Shown here in pieces: positions 11,201-21,238 of a stretch of 64,000 nt of DNA (position 1 is its first letter; every line of letters begins with the position of its first letter). The notes beneath the pieces are model-generated. The model made no database searches. It worked only from the letters and a program-made list of their open reading frames with translations, and had not been told where the DNA came from. Origin of the DNA: Promethearchaeia archaeon (GTDB lineage Archaea; Asgardarchaeota; Lokiarchaeia; Sigyniarchaeales; SOKP01); the NCBI GenBank assembly GCA_029856145.1, contig JAHQWK010000001.1, positions 256,001 to 320,000 on the forward strand, in the 5' to 3' direction. The position numbers were made by a program, and so were the translations under genes.

Positions 11201-14200
11201 GATATTCGGTGAATATAAAATATAAGAATATAATAAAAACTGTAGAAAATGTAGAAATTAAAACACCTGTTGGTGCTTGAAATAGAATGGAGGTTAGAGA
11301 AGTAATTGATAAGGATGCTCCAACTGCCACTGTTAAATATGGAATTATTTTATTAATGGATATTCTCATTTTATAACGATTAAATATGAAAAAAGAGCAT
11401 CCAAAAACAGTTAGAGCTAATGAAAAAGCAAAAATTATAAAACCCGGAAATAAATTGAATGTATTGAAGGTCAACCATGAAAAATTGATGATTAAAATCC
11501 AAGAAAGGCATAAATCGATTACTCTTTTAGGTAATTTTAAGTATTTTGAGGAAAAGAGAGTGAATCCAAATACGAGTAGACTAATATTTAATGAAAATAT
11601 TGGGTGTTGTATTATCGAATAAAGAATAAAATAGAGAGTTAAGAAAATACCTAATAAAGTTATGATATATGCGCTTATTAAAACAATACCTATAGATCTA
11701 ATATTCGGGAAAAACGAGTACACAATTAAAAATAATCCAATAACTAAGATATCAATGGAAATCGTAATTTCTAATGAGAGACCAATTGAAATCAAATAAA
11801 ACAACAAAAATGATGCATTAATAATTGTTAAAGGAAATACCCAAAAAATCGAAATAACTTTCCAGAATTTAAATATTGCTAACAATGGCATCACTAAAGT
11901 CACTGAAAACATAATAAAAAATAAATTTCTCAAAAGAAAATCCGTTACAAATAAATTCTGACTAAACCAATAAAGTAAAAATAGACTTTCCCCCCATACA
12001 ATAAATATAATTAGAGAAAAATATTTCTTGATTTTACTATACACCACTGGTAGGAAAAATAAAGAGCAAATTATTATAGATAAAATAAATGAACCACTAG
12101 CATCAAATATTCCAAAACTCAATGAACTTGTAAAAACATCAATCCCAGTTAGACTTTGATAGATTATAAACCAATTTGCAATGGGTAAAATGTTCCAAAT
12201 ATACCATCCTGATTTCCAAATCGCCCATGATATTCTCCATTGATAAATTCCAATAGATAAATAAAATAGAAAGACTCCAAAGTTAATTGCAACTATTAAA
12301 GGGACTAAAGACCATAAAGGCATAGACAACGCAGCAATTATAAGAAAATATAAAAAGGTTGGAAAAGAAAAAACTATTGATATCAATACTACATAGAACG
12401 ATTTCTTCCTAAATCTTGCTGGCGCATCATTATACAAAAGAACAAATGCAAAACCTGTCATACTCAAAGTTAATGTGAAAGTCAAAATAGGATTGTATTC
12501 TCTAAAAATTGGGTGAGAAAAGAGCCAAGAATATGATAAAAAGCTTATGAAATCAAAAACAAATAGAATTACGCAAGGATTTATAAACCATTTATATCTC
12601 TCATCTTTTTTACGATAAAAAGAGATTCCCAAAAATAATAGAAGTATGAAAAGAGAAATTGTTATGTTATAAATAAGTAAAATTTTCGTAAATAGGCTGA
12701 GAAAGAAAAAAGACAAGATAGAAATGAGAGAATATAATGTAAATTTTTCTAAGGTGTTATTTTTTTTAATATTTAGCAAAATCGAGAAAAATAAAACACC
12801 ACCCATAGATAAGAGGTAAATTATAGTAAAAATACCTATTAAAGCTATATCAAATCCAGTTATAATTCCATAAAAATTTAAAATAACTAGGATTTCGACG
12901 AAGGTAACATAGCTCAATAAGAAATAGGATAAAAATCGAAAAAGGGGAAATATACTCCTTTGAGAAAGAATAAGTGACCATATTATTATAATAAGAAACA
13001 GTGATAAAATAGAGCTGAAATAAAGAAGACTTATAGATAATATGAAAGATAAACAGTAAAATCCAAATAATTTCAAAACAGCATCTTTTTCAACTATTTT
13101 ATTAAACCTTATAGAATAATAGAAGAAAATTAAAATTAGGTTAATTATTAGAGTTCCTACATGAAACGAAGGATTCTGATAGAATATAGGGATTTGAGTT
13201 GTCAAACTTAAAAGAATTTCAAGATATAAACTTGATAATGATGTTGTAAATACTATTACAGTGATTCTTTTTATTATAAATTGATTTTTAGAGGATATAT
13301 ATTTCAAATTCTTTAAAATATATAGACTTAGAGGAGTTAAAAAGGCAAACGTTAAAGAAAATAAAGTAATTTTGTTTAAAATAAAGAATTGATACACAAA
13401 ATAATCAATTAGAGAAAATAACAAAATACAAATTATGATCTTAATGACTATCCATGCTGTTAACTCAATAATAGTCTTTACTTGAGTTAATTTCATTTCA
13501 TTTAAATTGTTACAGACAATAAGAAACACAAGAAAAATTATAAAAAAGAACCCTACTATTATTGAAATTTTAAATAATATCGGTAGTGTGTTAAGAAATG
13601 CAAAAAGATTAGTTGAGAGGCTTAAAAAAGTAAATATCGATGATATTGAGATAATTATTCCATAGATAAGTATATCCTGAAAATTGCTTAAATTTGGCAG
13701 TCTTGTAAAAATATTAGATGCTAGGCTTAGGGTGTATAAACTTAAGATAAAAAATACAAAAAAACAACAGCTTAATATTAAAAATGTAATGGGGGTCATC
13801 TCTATTGTAATGATAAAGATAGACGCAATGTAATATGATAATAGCAATGTAAAAGAAAACCAAGCGACTAATCCGGATGATTTGAAACTTTTGATGTAAT
13901 TATCTTTTAATTTAATTTTTATACTAATAATTTCAGAAATCTTCAAAAAACAAAATAATATAAATACGGTTATCGTAATTATAAGAATTAAATTTGGTAC
14001 TAATCCAATTCTTGCTAATTCTAAACCAATTACTGTCGGTATCGAAACAATTAAACAAGATAATGCAATAAAATTATATATTGTTAATTTTTTAATCCAT
14101 TCTAAGTTGAAATACTCTCTTTTATAAGAATAATAAAACAAGAAAAACCATGAAAAGAGTAATGCGATTAAAGGTAAGATTATCCCATAAAAAGTCCCAA

Positions 14201-17168
14201 ATAGCAATAAAAGTGGATAAAAGAAGACTGTTGTGACAGAAATACTAAATAAAGTAATTATCTGAAGCTGTTTCAAAAATAAGACAAAATTCTCTTTTAC
14301 TTTAAATTTGTTTGATACTCTTATGAGAATTGAAATAAATAGATAGAAAATATACACAGAAGAATTTAATATATTCAGTATAAAAAGATTTAAATCAAAG
14401 ATTAAACCTAAAGTGAGTAAATTTATACCATCTATTATTGGAATTGAAGTAAACAAACTTGTTAGAATCAAAATATTTGAAATTATAACTCTTTTTGTTG
14501 ATTCTAAATTGAAAATCTCTTTCTTGTAAGAATAAAAGAAAGGGATAAAGAGGAAGCTGGAAGTAAGAATTAATGGTAAAATTATGCAATATAAAGTATC
14601 AATTAATAAGAAAAGGAGATAATAGAAGACTGTTGTAAGGCTTATACAAATTGCTATTATTACTTGTGATTTCAATAAGAATTTAACTCGTTTTTCACCA
14701 CTATTGAATTTCATTGATGCGTAGTAATAAATAGCAAAAATTGTGAACATAATATACAAGGTAAAATTAATTACTGTCATTAATAAGAAAATTAAATCGA
14801 AATAAATGCCTAAATAGAATAATTCTAATCCTATAGTAGTTGGGATTAGTGATATTGTCACTGAAAATAATATACTATTTATTTTTATTGATTTAGATAT
14901 TAAAGTTGGGTATATCCTTTTCAATCTTAAATATAAAAGCGGAAAGAATAGAATTATACTTGAAACCATAAGAGGAATTATAAAAACATATAGGGTATCA
15001 AATGTAAGCATTAAAAAATAGTAAAACGCTATTAATACGCTATATAGTAAAACAAAAACGTTTATTTTGATAAAGAGGTCTTCAGAAAAGATCCCCTTTT
15101 TCGAAAATAGGTTAATTATCGCACAAACTACTGCTAATGATAAAAATATTGAATAGATTATGTTATCAAACAGTGAAAGAGCTTGAAAGACTGAATAAAA
15201 TAATGTAAAAAACAAATATAAAAGCTCAACTGTTATCAGGTAAGAATTGACTTTAATATATTTTTTAAACTTAAGTTCATTCACGCGTCCTAATTGTAGT
15301 CCAAATTTTAAGAGAAAATAATAAAAAACAGAAGCAATAAGGAAATCAAACGCTAAAATAAGAAAGTAAGTAGTAAGTAAAGAGATAATCAGTAGAGATA
15401 TAAATAAATCACTTAATAATATCCAGAGAGAAAAATAACTATGCTTTAATAAATATTCCTTCGGAAACACATGAAGACCATAATTTAAATAAAGAAAAAC
15501 TAGGAAAATAATAGGGAAGCAGATCAATGAGATACATATTACTTGTAAAAATGGAATAAGTTCGATTAAAAAATAAACTCGAAAAATAATGAAAGCAAAA
15601 ATTAATAGTTCGATTAAAAAGCTATTTACTAATACAACCCTTCTAAATAATCTGGGGCTCTTAGCATGAAAATATCTAATGCTTAATACATAATGTGAAA
15701 TTAACAATGTTACTAGAATAAATACTGAGTGTAATAGAATATTTGAAACTAAAATTACTATAGGGTCCGAGGTAAAAGTTGTGTATTCAAAAATAATTGC
15801 TGGAAAGAATGTATATAGAACTAAGGAAAAACTTGCCACAGCAAGTAAATTTTGGTATACGATAATATCTTCTTTAATAAAATATTTTAATTTAACAAAT
15901 ATTTGTAGAACAAAATACAGAGAAAGACAAAACACTAAGAAATTTAATAATATGGTCTCTATTAACAGGGGAATTATACAAAAAGAGATATAGATCAAAA
16001 TCGCAATTGAGTTTAACAGAACCACAAATTTATTATATATCTTAGAACATAGACCTGCCTTCTGTTCATAATGAAGAAGGATATAGATAAATGGAAGAAT
16101 AATTAAGATTAATAGAGGAATTCCAGTTAAAAAGGAATATAAAGATATTAATAAAATTAAAATACCAGATAAAAACGAATTGTATTTTTGGTACTTGATA
16201 TTTTCCAGGGAAGTATTTTCATTAGAATTTTCTATTTTTTCAGACTCATCATACAACTTAAGCTTTGAAGTATAATGAAAACTGACATAAAACATAGACT
16301 TAAAATAAAATAAGATAAAGATTAGGACTAAGAAAAGGTTGTTTAGTACTTCTAAGCTCAAAAAAGAAACACCCGAAAGAATGCGTGTAGCAATCACAAT
16401 AAAAGGCATTTGGATTAAGAGAATAAAAATTAAGCCTATTTGAGAAGCCACAAATCGCCGTTTAAATCTTGTTAAATCTTTTAGAATGGGTTTTTTCTCA
16501 TTAATAGAATCTCGAATATTATTAACCTGACTCTTTGTACTTGTTAAGGTGATAATATAAATAATTAGGTTTGTTATAAGAGCATAAAGCCAAGCAAAGT
16601 TAGTAGGTGCAGTAACGGTTAAGAAAATAATGTGAATAAAGTAATTAGAAACTATCAAGAAATTGTAAGGTTGTTTAATCATCAATTCCAAACTTTTTGC
16701 ATGTTTGAATTCTTCTTCTTTTAAGTTAAAAAAGTCAATCGGTTGGAAATAATAATAATAATAAATAACATTGTAGAGAATCGCATAACTAATCAGTGGA
16801 AGTAGAATAAATGAGTCGAATGGTGAAATAAATATAAAAATAGGAGTTGTAACAAAGGATACGATAGAAATCAGAAAAAGCACATGAATTCTAGCGGTAA
16901 GATTATTCTTTTTATTAAGAAAAAAGGGATTATCTCTGTATTTATCAAAAGCTTTATAAAAAAAAAGTAAAGCAAACATAAAGCCTACAACTGAGAAAGA
17001 TAATATAATGAATAATCCAATTCCAGCAAAATTAAAAATTGAAAAAATAGCAATCGCTACTATTAAAGGAGCAATAATTAAAAAAAATGAAAACCACCAA
17101 AATTTATGAAGTAATTCTGTGGCTTTCTTAATTCTCTCTTGTGAGTTATCACTATTTTTTGATTTCAT
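8208..17168 (-). CDS. Giant polytopic membrane protein of unknown function (~2,986 aa)
   Basis: Uninterrupted ~9-kb ORF in AT-rich DNA; near-continuous hydrophobic helices joined by short Lys-rich loops; internal repeats. ATG at 17168 preferred over TTG at 17180. Confidence 0.85.
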   Translation of the reverse strand: MKSKNSDNSQERIKKATELLHKFWWFSFFLIIAPLIVAIAIFSIFNFAGIGLFIILSFSVVGFMFALLFFYKAFDKYRDNPFFLNKKNNLTARIHVLFLISIVSFVTTPIFIFISPFDSFILLPLISYAILYNVIYYYYYFQPIDFFNLKEEEFKHAKSLELMIKQPYNFLIVSNYFIHIIFLTVTAPTNFAWLYALITNLIIYIITLTSTKSQVNNIRDSINEKKPILKDLTRFKRRFVASQIGLIFILLIQMPFIVIATRILSGVSFLSLEVLNNLFLVLIFILFYFKSMFYVSFHYTSKLKLYDESEKIENSNENTSLENIKYQKYNSFLSGILILLISLYSFLTGIPLLILIILPFIYILLHYEQKAGLCSKIYNKFVVLLNSIAILIYISFCIIPLLIETILLNFLVFCLSLYFVLQIFVKLKYFIKEDIIVYQNLLAVASFSLVLYTFFPAIIFEYTTFTSDPIVILVSNILLHSVFILVTLLISHYVLSIRYFHAKSPRLFRRVVLVNSFLIELLIFAFIIFRVYFLIELIPFLQVICISLICFPIIFLVFLYLNYGLHVFPKEYLLKHSYFSLWILLSDLFISLLIISLLTTYFLILAFDFLIASVFYYFLLKFGLQLGRVNELKFKKYIKVNSYLITVELLYLFFTLFYSVFQALSLFDNIIYSIFLSLAVVCAIINLFSKKGIFSEDLFIKINVFVLLYSVLIAFYYFLMLTFDTLYVFIIPLMVSSIILFFPLLYLRLKRIYPTLISKSIKINSILFSVTISLIPTTIGLELFYLGIYFDLIFLLMTVINFTLYIMFTIFAIYYYASMKFNSGEKRVKFLLKSQVIIAICISLTTVFYYLLFLLIDTLYCIILPLILTSSFLFIPFFYSYKKEIFNLESTKRVIISNILILTSLFTSIPIIDGINLLTLGLIFDLNLFILNILNSSVYIFYLFISILIRVSNKFKVKENFVLFLKQLQIITLFSISVTTVFFYPLLLLFGTFYGIILPLIALLFSWFFLFYYSYKREYFNLEWIKKLTIYNFIALSCLIVSIPTVIGLELARIGLVPNLILIITITVFILFCFLKISEIISIKIKLKDNYIKSFKSSGLVAWFSFTLLLSYYIASIFIITIEMTPITFLILSCCFFVFFILSLYTLSLASNIFTRLPNLSNFQDILIYGIIISISSIFTFLSLSTNLFAFLNTLPILFKISIIVGFFFIIFLVFLIVCNNLNEMKLTQVKTIIELTAWIVIKIIICILLFSLIDYFVYQFFILNKITLFSLTFAFLTPLSLYILKNLKYISSKNQFIIKRITVIVFTTSLSSLYLEILLSLTTQIPIFYQNPSFHVGTLIINLILIFFYYSIRFNKIVEKDAVLKLFGFYCLSFILSISLLYFSSILSLFLIIIIWSLILSQRSIFPLFRFLSYFLLSYVTFVEILVILNFYGIITGFDIALIGIFTIIYLLSMGGVLFFSILLNIKKNNTLEKFTLYSLISILSFFFLSLFTKILLIYNITISLFILLLFLGISFYRKKDERYKWFINPCVILFVFDFISFLSYSWLFSHPIFREYNPILTFTLTLSMTGFAFVLLYNDAPARFRKKSFYVVLISIVFSFPTFLYFLIIAALSMPLWSLVPLIVAINFGVFLFYLSIGIYQWRISWAIWKSGWYIWNILPIANWFIIYQSLTGIDVFTSSLSFGIFDASGSFILSIIICSLFFLPVVYSKIKKYFSLIIFIVWGESLFLLYWFSQNLFVTDFLLRNLFFIMFSVTLVMPLLAIFKFWKVISIFWVFPLTIINASFLLFYLISIGLSLEITISIDILVIGLFLIVYSFFPNIRSIGIVLISAYIITLLGIFLTLYFILYSIIQHPIFSLNISLLVFGFTLFSSKYLKLPKRVIDLCLSWILIINFSWLTFNTFNLFPGFIIFAFSLALTVFGCSFFIFNRYKMRISINKIIPYLTVAVGASLSITSLTSILFQAPTGVLISTFSTVFIIFLYFIFTEYRYILWFAIPIPIISPILEWLLTLDIIYPNWIFAFLTWPMLYLITFQILINIFKSSVKDDTAEIKNSMFKLYQDKNQLKWLNFACFLINSVCISLFLAIILPNLFMQILFTDILLIYQICDFLIIWPFLFLICMKYVKKSELDLKIKDLLRYFNILSCILYLFIPIALGINIFLYFVFINANLVISTYLVLLAISAVVFIEVAFIDQNIFNFLITSTRNKFILWSWFIFCNTLSLFIFLFHLNIFLLVLMFSVLNLISLHFLSHMDISKETISKLRLLLIYNSFIWSSFFLASLISDGLILIFDQLRGFGYFLLLFQNSSLLLYVLSLIFVKIEKNIKNRIEFILFIVFQGLLAINLIYIFILFGFLNFISINSMIFIEICLSFVSIKYFNTIIAQQKYPNFLLKMHSLMVLILYFEISILIYGLVNTFIGIFESIMVALSILFVLTLLDIYSIKKVKKSYASLVHTISYFILSLNLFLFLHNLVFQYPFLFSLEIFIFLLMQFYTNYSFFKALKLFFPDKKDVYNKAQTYIHRLLGMGFYATLCFSIIQPLTLQGFNVQLILLILSLVIHVLMIIDSFLFKFLGKITDYIKSISWILIMIFTSTYLIWIYSTYFIAFFFTVIPFIIIILILEFAYLFKLLAFWKIVDTYKKKIKSGLIIISYLNFITWPLYFSSLDQFANLNLVLASFIIMFLITLLDKMLNEKLRKSLRSSSFLIIGALLSIDSFLILGGIPNFDLILNLSSSSLIFVIFLAIHLKPFKKHSSFASIAFLFWLVIFILLFLIVYRVSFVGLGITVLSFGILLYPFIFLLEELKRFINNFIDFLSKFFRSLKLAIKNMFIKIYHFIKIYYKSLWIVFSIFIAALIGISLSPAMFNYLDWTYSILLIFPIFGILYSLIPSKKSDDVNVMFRRRMYRLIISWGSIITLLFTVITPVWYVFTIWISIWIIGVILLPYIRFKERSENISIKWRFYTLIILIIVLIVLGIIVAIQIIINFVL

Positions 17169-17392
17169 CGCCCAACACAATTTTAATTGTATCTTGAGAT
17201 TAATGAAAATGTTAGTTTATAAATGTATCAGAATTATATTTACTAGTTTGTTAAGAATACTTAAAAGCTTTTATCAAATTTGAACATTTTCTTCAAAAAA
17301 ATTTCGGAAAAGAGCAAAACTAAGACGTTTTTTGACAATTTTGATAATCCTATAAAACTTTTAAATTGGCTAAATCGGTGAAAATCCATTGA

Positions 17393-18724
17393 TTATTTGA
17401 AGTTCGGTAAAAAGCTTTTTTGAGCTTCAATCATGTCGTTAAATATGTTTTCTGCCATTTCAAAATTTCCCACATTCGGATCGATTGCTAAACTTGCAAT
17501 TGCAATTTCTTTTGATTCTTTTAGAACTGCCTCAACACACAAATCTTGTACTGACGCTTCAATACGGAGTAATGCGGCAATATTCCTGGGTAAAGCTCCT
17601 ACTTTTACACCTTGAACCCCATTTCTATTAACCGTTGCGGAGCATTCTAAAACTAAATCTTGTGGTAAATTATCAACTATATTATCATTAGGAATATTCA
17701 CTGCTGTCTCATATGAGTTCTTATCATTAATTATCGCTTCGATTATTGGAACTCCCCTTTCTCCTGAGGGTACATTATATAAAATTCCTTTTTTAGGAAA
17801 TTTTCCTCTCTTAAGCCTTTTGTGATAATTCAGATACCTCTTATAATAAAATTCACCTTCCTTTTCAATAAAGTCTAACCAATCTAACATATCTTGAGTT
17901 TCGGTGAATTCTTCTCCAAATTGGAGATATTCTCCTAGGTGATTATCACCTACGTATGGAAAATGCCCAAATCTTTTATATAATTCAAAGGTAAGCTTTG
18001 AAAATTCGAATCTATCCACATGTTCTTTAAAATAATTCATTGATTTTTTGTTAAACTCAGGCATCATGTCTGTACCTGATTTTAAATTTTCAAGACCAAT
18101 CAAGAATGCAAAGTGATTTAGACCTTGTACCTGTATTTTTATTTCATTTCTAGGTTTATTGAATAATTTAGGTAAATGCCTTACCATAAATCTTATTTGA
18201 TGGCATAAACCAACAAATTTTAATCTTTTTACGCTTCTTTTAATTGCTAGGCATACCCGCGACATTGGATTAGAGAAGTTAATGAAAAACGCATTAGGAC
18301 AAATTTTTTCGGCATCTTTAACAATCTCAACAATTGGAGGAATTATTCTCCAAGCATGAAATGTGCCACCTGGCCCTCCACACTCACCTAAGATTTGTGT
18401 AGAACCATGTCTTCTTGGTATTTCATAATCTTGACGCCATAGTTCCATACGATCTCCAACTTCGATTGAATTAACTATGAAATCAGCATCTTTAAGTGCT
18501 TTAATTCTGTCAATTGTCCGTTCAAGAACGAACTTGTTATTGTGTATTTCATTTTCAATCATTAAAAGTTCGTAAATCATCTCTAACTTATCTTTATCAA
18601 TATCATGAAGTGCTATTGTTGAACCTTCCAATACATCACTTAAATAAATATCATTAAACATAGGAGGCCCAAATGATGTTGAACCTGCTCCAATCAACAC
18701 TATCTTTTTATTCATATAGATCAA
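17393..18724 (-). CDS. Glycoside hydrolase family 4 (NAD/Mn-dependent alpha-galactosidase/glucosidase)
   Basis: IVLIGAGS, GECGGPGG, NFSNP, GLCH, GLNH. Confidence 0.93.
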   Translation of the reverse strand: MIYMNKKIVLIGAGSTSFGPPMFNDIYLSDVLEGSTIALHDIDKDKLEMIYELLMIENEIHNNKFVLERTIDRIKALKDADFIVNSIEVGDRMELWRQDYEIPRRHGSTQILGECGGPGGTFHAWRIIPPIVEIVKDAEKICPNAFFINFSNPMSRVCLAIKRSVKRLKFVGLCHQIRFMVRHLPKLFNKPRNEIKIQVQGLNHFAFLIGLENLKSGTDMMPEFNKKSMNYFKEHVDRFEFSKLTFELYKRFGHFPYVGDNHLGEYLQFGEEFTETQDMLDWLDFIEKEGEFYYKRYLNYHKRLKRGKFPKKGILYNVPSGERGVPIIEAIINDKNSYETAVNIPNDNIVDNLPQDLVLECSATVNRNGVQGVKVGALPRNIAALLRIEASVQDLCVEAVLKESKEIAIASLAIDPNVGNFEMAENIFNDMIEAQKSFLPNFK

Positions 18725-18917
18725 GCCTAGTTATTAGCAAATTATCTAATATTATGCTAAAAGTATAATCGGCTTAATAGGTTTTTATAGATTTCATCCA
18801 AGTTTTCAATATACTTACTTGTCAAATTACACGTCTTAATAATCTGACAAATGGGAAAGGAATGGGAAAATTTATAAGGTGATTCTATCTTATTTTATAT
18901 AATGAGTTTTTCACAGT

Positions 18918-18984
18918 ATAATACTACAGATTATTGGTGTGGCTTACATTTCTATGTAAAGCCAGTATTTATCAGTAGTATTAT
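18918..18984. other. Long imperfect intergenic hairpin (candidate structured RNA or regulatory element)
   Basis: ATAATACTAC/GTAGTATTAT outer stem and TGGCTTACAT-TTCT-ATGTAAAGCCA inner stem. Confidence 0.45.
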
Positions 18985-19142
18985 TAAGAGAGAATAGATC
19001 AAACCTCTTAACCTTTTTCCTATAATATTTACTGATTTGTTCTCTTTTATCATTACATCTCAATGAAAATTATTCGAAATAGGTTAATATTAGATTTATT
19101 TCCCCCAATGAAGGACTCAATTAAAATTAGAGGTGAAAAAAA

Positions 19143-19328
19143 CTGAAAGAAGAATCAGATAAAATAGATCTGATATTAGATTATTATCAAGATTGGGACT
19201 CTTATAAAAGTCCAGTTATGATGTCATTAAATGCCCCAAATGAATTTTCTGAAAGTCTTGAGGCTGAGGATGATAAAAGGCTGAAAGCTTTGAGACAGAA
19301 GATGAGAAAAAGACTGGGATTAAAGTAA
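19143..19328 (+). CDS. Small 61-aa protein, probable CTG start
   Basis: GAGGTGA SD 6 nt before CTG; translation (L/M)KEESDKIDLILDYYQDWDSYKSPVMMSLNAPNEFSESLEAEDDKRLKALRQKMRKRLGLK; followed by a T-rich tract. Confidence 0.6.
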   Translation: MKEESDKIDLILDYYQDWDSYKSPVMMSLNAPNEFSESLEAEDDKRLKALRQKMRKRLGLK

Positions 19329-19370
19329 TAAAAAGGTTGAATAATGTCTAAACTTTTTTTTTAATTTATT

Positions 19371-19466
19371 TTAATTTAATAATGGTTTTATTCTTTTTAT
19401 TGCTTCAGTTAACCTTTCTTCTGGTTGTGTTAAAGCAAATCTTACAAAACCTTCTCCTATGTGAAA
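19371..19466 (-). pseudogene. 3'-end relic of a class I/II PLP aminotransferase (DapL-like)
   Basis: FHIGEGFVRFALTQPEERLTEAIKRIKPLLN*; in-frame stop directly upstream and no start codon. Confidence 0.75.
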
Positions 19467-19561
19467 TTAATCATTATAAAATGATAAAAATTTTTCGAAA
19501 AGAGGGATTAAAATAATTAAAAAAGTAAAATTAATTAAAAAAAGAATTAATTAAGAGTCTC

Positions 19562-20875
19562 TTATGCACTTCTTTCGATGTTTATCTCATAATCTTTAGG
19601 ATCCAATGTAAAAAAGGGAATTAAACCAATATTCATGACAATAGCCATAAACAAGAAAATAATAGCATAGATCCAAAATGCTTGTAGTCCTGCTAAAACT
19701 CCAATTAATATACTTGTTAGTTGTAATCCGATAGTTGATCCTAAATTTGAGAAAGAATTACATGTTGCATAATAAGTACTATCCATCTCAGGATATTGTT
19801 GTGATTCTTGGCCTATAACAGCAGAAAACGCAGAATTTCTCCAACCAGCAGAAGATCCTAATAGTAAGGAGAATATCATTAATACAGGCCAACTTATTGG
19901 TATTATGAATAACAAGAAAGAAATTGTTGTTAAAATGAATGATATATAAACACTTCGTTTTCTAGATTGCAAATCTGCTATTCTCCCTCCAATAATAGCA
20001 CCAATAATTACCCCTAAACCAATGATAAAAGCAACTAAAGCTTGTGGAGCGTATAAATCTGGTCGCGTTGGATCTCCGATAAGATCCATTGTTGCTCCAG
20101 TAGCAACGACTAAACCCCATTGAATAAGTATAAAAAGAGGTACAAGAACGAAAACTATTCCATCACAGAACGCATTAAATAAAGAGAACGCATATACTTT
20201 CCAATTCTTTCTTTTTCCAAAAATTACCTTTAGATTCTCTACTGCATTTATTTCTATGTTTTTTACAGTTTCTTTAACCATTAATGTAGTAAATGAAAAA
20301 ATCATCATTGCAATACCTAATCCTATAAAAATTAATTGTACAAATCCTCCTAGTAATAATATCAGCACAATTAACAATGGTCCACCAGCTATTATACCTA
20401 CAGATCTAAACCCCCAACATATTCCTTGCACACGTCCAAGTCTTTCCTTAGGATATAGGTCTAAGATTAATCCATCAATGGCAGTATCACCCATTGCGAC
20501 TCCTATTACAATTAAAACACCTAGAAATGTTACTAAACTCATTGCATTACTTGCGGTTAATATAAATGGAAATAATATCCAAATTAAACCTGAAACTATA
20601 GAAGGGCCGATTATCCAAGGTTTTCTCCTACCTAACTTTTTAAAGCCAAATTTATCTGAAAGGATTCCATAAATAAATTTCACCCCAAAGGGAAGAAGGA
20701 CAATTGACATCATAGAGGCAATTTGAGCCGCATCCACGGGTGCAGGAGATAATAAATAAAATAAAAATATAGGTATAATAGTTGTAAACATCGATTGATT
20801 GATTCCTTGAACAAAATAATTAAGTGAAAAAATTCCAATATACGATTTCTTTAATTCTACCACACTTTCTCCCAT
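19562..20875 (-). CDS. MFS transporter (AmpG/BT1-like)
   Basis: About 12 TM; LPFGVKFIYGILSD, GRRKPW, DTAIDG, GGRIAD. Confidence 0.88.
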   Translation of the reverse strand: MGESVVELKKSYIGIFSLNYFVQGINQSMFTTIIPIFLFYLLSPAPVDAAQIASMMSIVLLPFGVKFIYGILSDKFGFKKLGRRKPWIIGPSIVSGLIWILFPFILTASNAMSLVTFLGVLIVIGVAMGDTAIDGLILDLYPKERLGRVQGICWGFRSVGIIAGGPLLIVLILLLGGFVQLIFIGLGIAMMIFSFTTLMVKETVKNIEINAVENLKVIFGKRKNWKVYAFSLFNAFCDGIVFVLVPLFILIQWGLVVATGATMDLIGDPTRPDLYAPQALVAFIIGLGVIIGAIIGGRIADLQSRKRSVYISFILTTISFLLFIIPISWPVLMIFSLLLGSSAGWRNSAFSAVIGQESQQYPEMDSTYYATCNSFSNLGSTIGLQLTSILIGVLAGLQAFWIYAIIFLFMAIVMNIGLIPFFTLDPKDYEINIERSA

Positions 20876-21064
20876 AATAATAACCCAAATTTTTTTAATA
20901 TTTTATTAAAATATGTAATTTAAAAAGTAATATTGTTTTTATTTTTATAAATGTTTACGTGAAATTCAAAGTGTGATTAAATGATATTAGATAAAAATGA
21001 CACTTTGAGCTACTTTTTTTGAATAAAAAGCATGAAAAACAAAAAAAAACAGTTTTTAGAGTTT

Positions 21065-21238
21065 TTATATGGGATAATCTCTCCGTATTTGGAGTTCATG
21101 TTTATAATAATTAATTTGACTTTTTATAAACCTAAGTGGTCGTGGTTGTATGAGGTGTTCGTATTTCTGTAGATGATCTTCTAAAAGTTTGATCGTAAGT
21201 TCCAGTTTATTTATTCTCTCTTGAGTTTGTCTCATCAT
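21065..21238 (-). CDS. Small 57-aa helical protein (not in ORF track)
   Basis: GAGGT SD upstream; MMRQTQERINKLELTIKLLEDHLQKYEHLIQPRPLRFIKSQINYYKHELQIRRDYPI*. Confidence 0.6.
   Translation of the reverse strand: MMRQTQERINKLELTIKLLEDHLQKYEHLIQPRPLRFIKSQINYYKHELQIRRDYPI

Noticed and set aside
8208-17168. Direct Piezo homology
   Set aside because: No recognisable cap domain or PFEW motif; kept only as an architectural analogy.
18918-18984. SECIS element
   Set aside because: No clear AUGA/GA core and no adjacent gene with an in-frame UGA.
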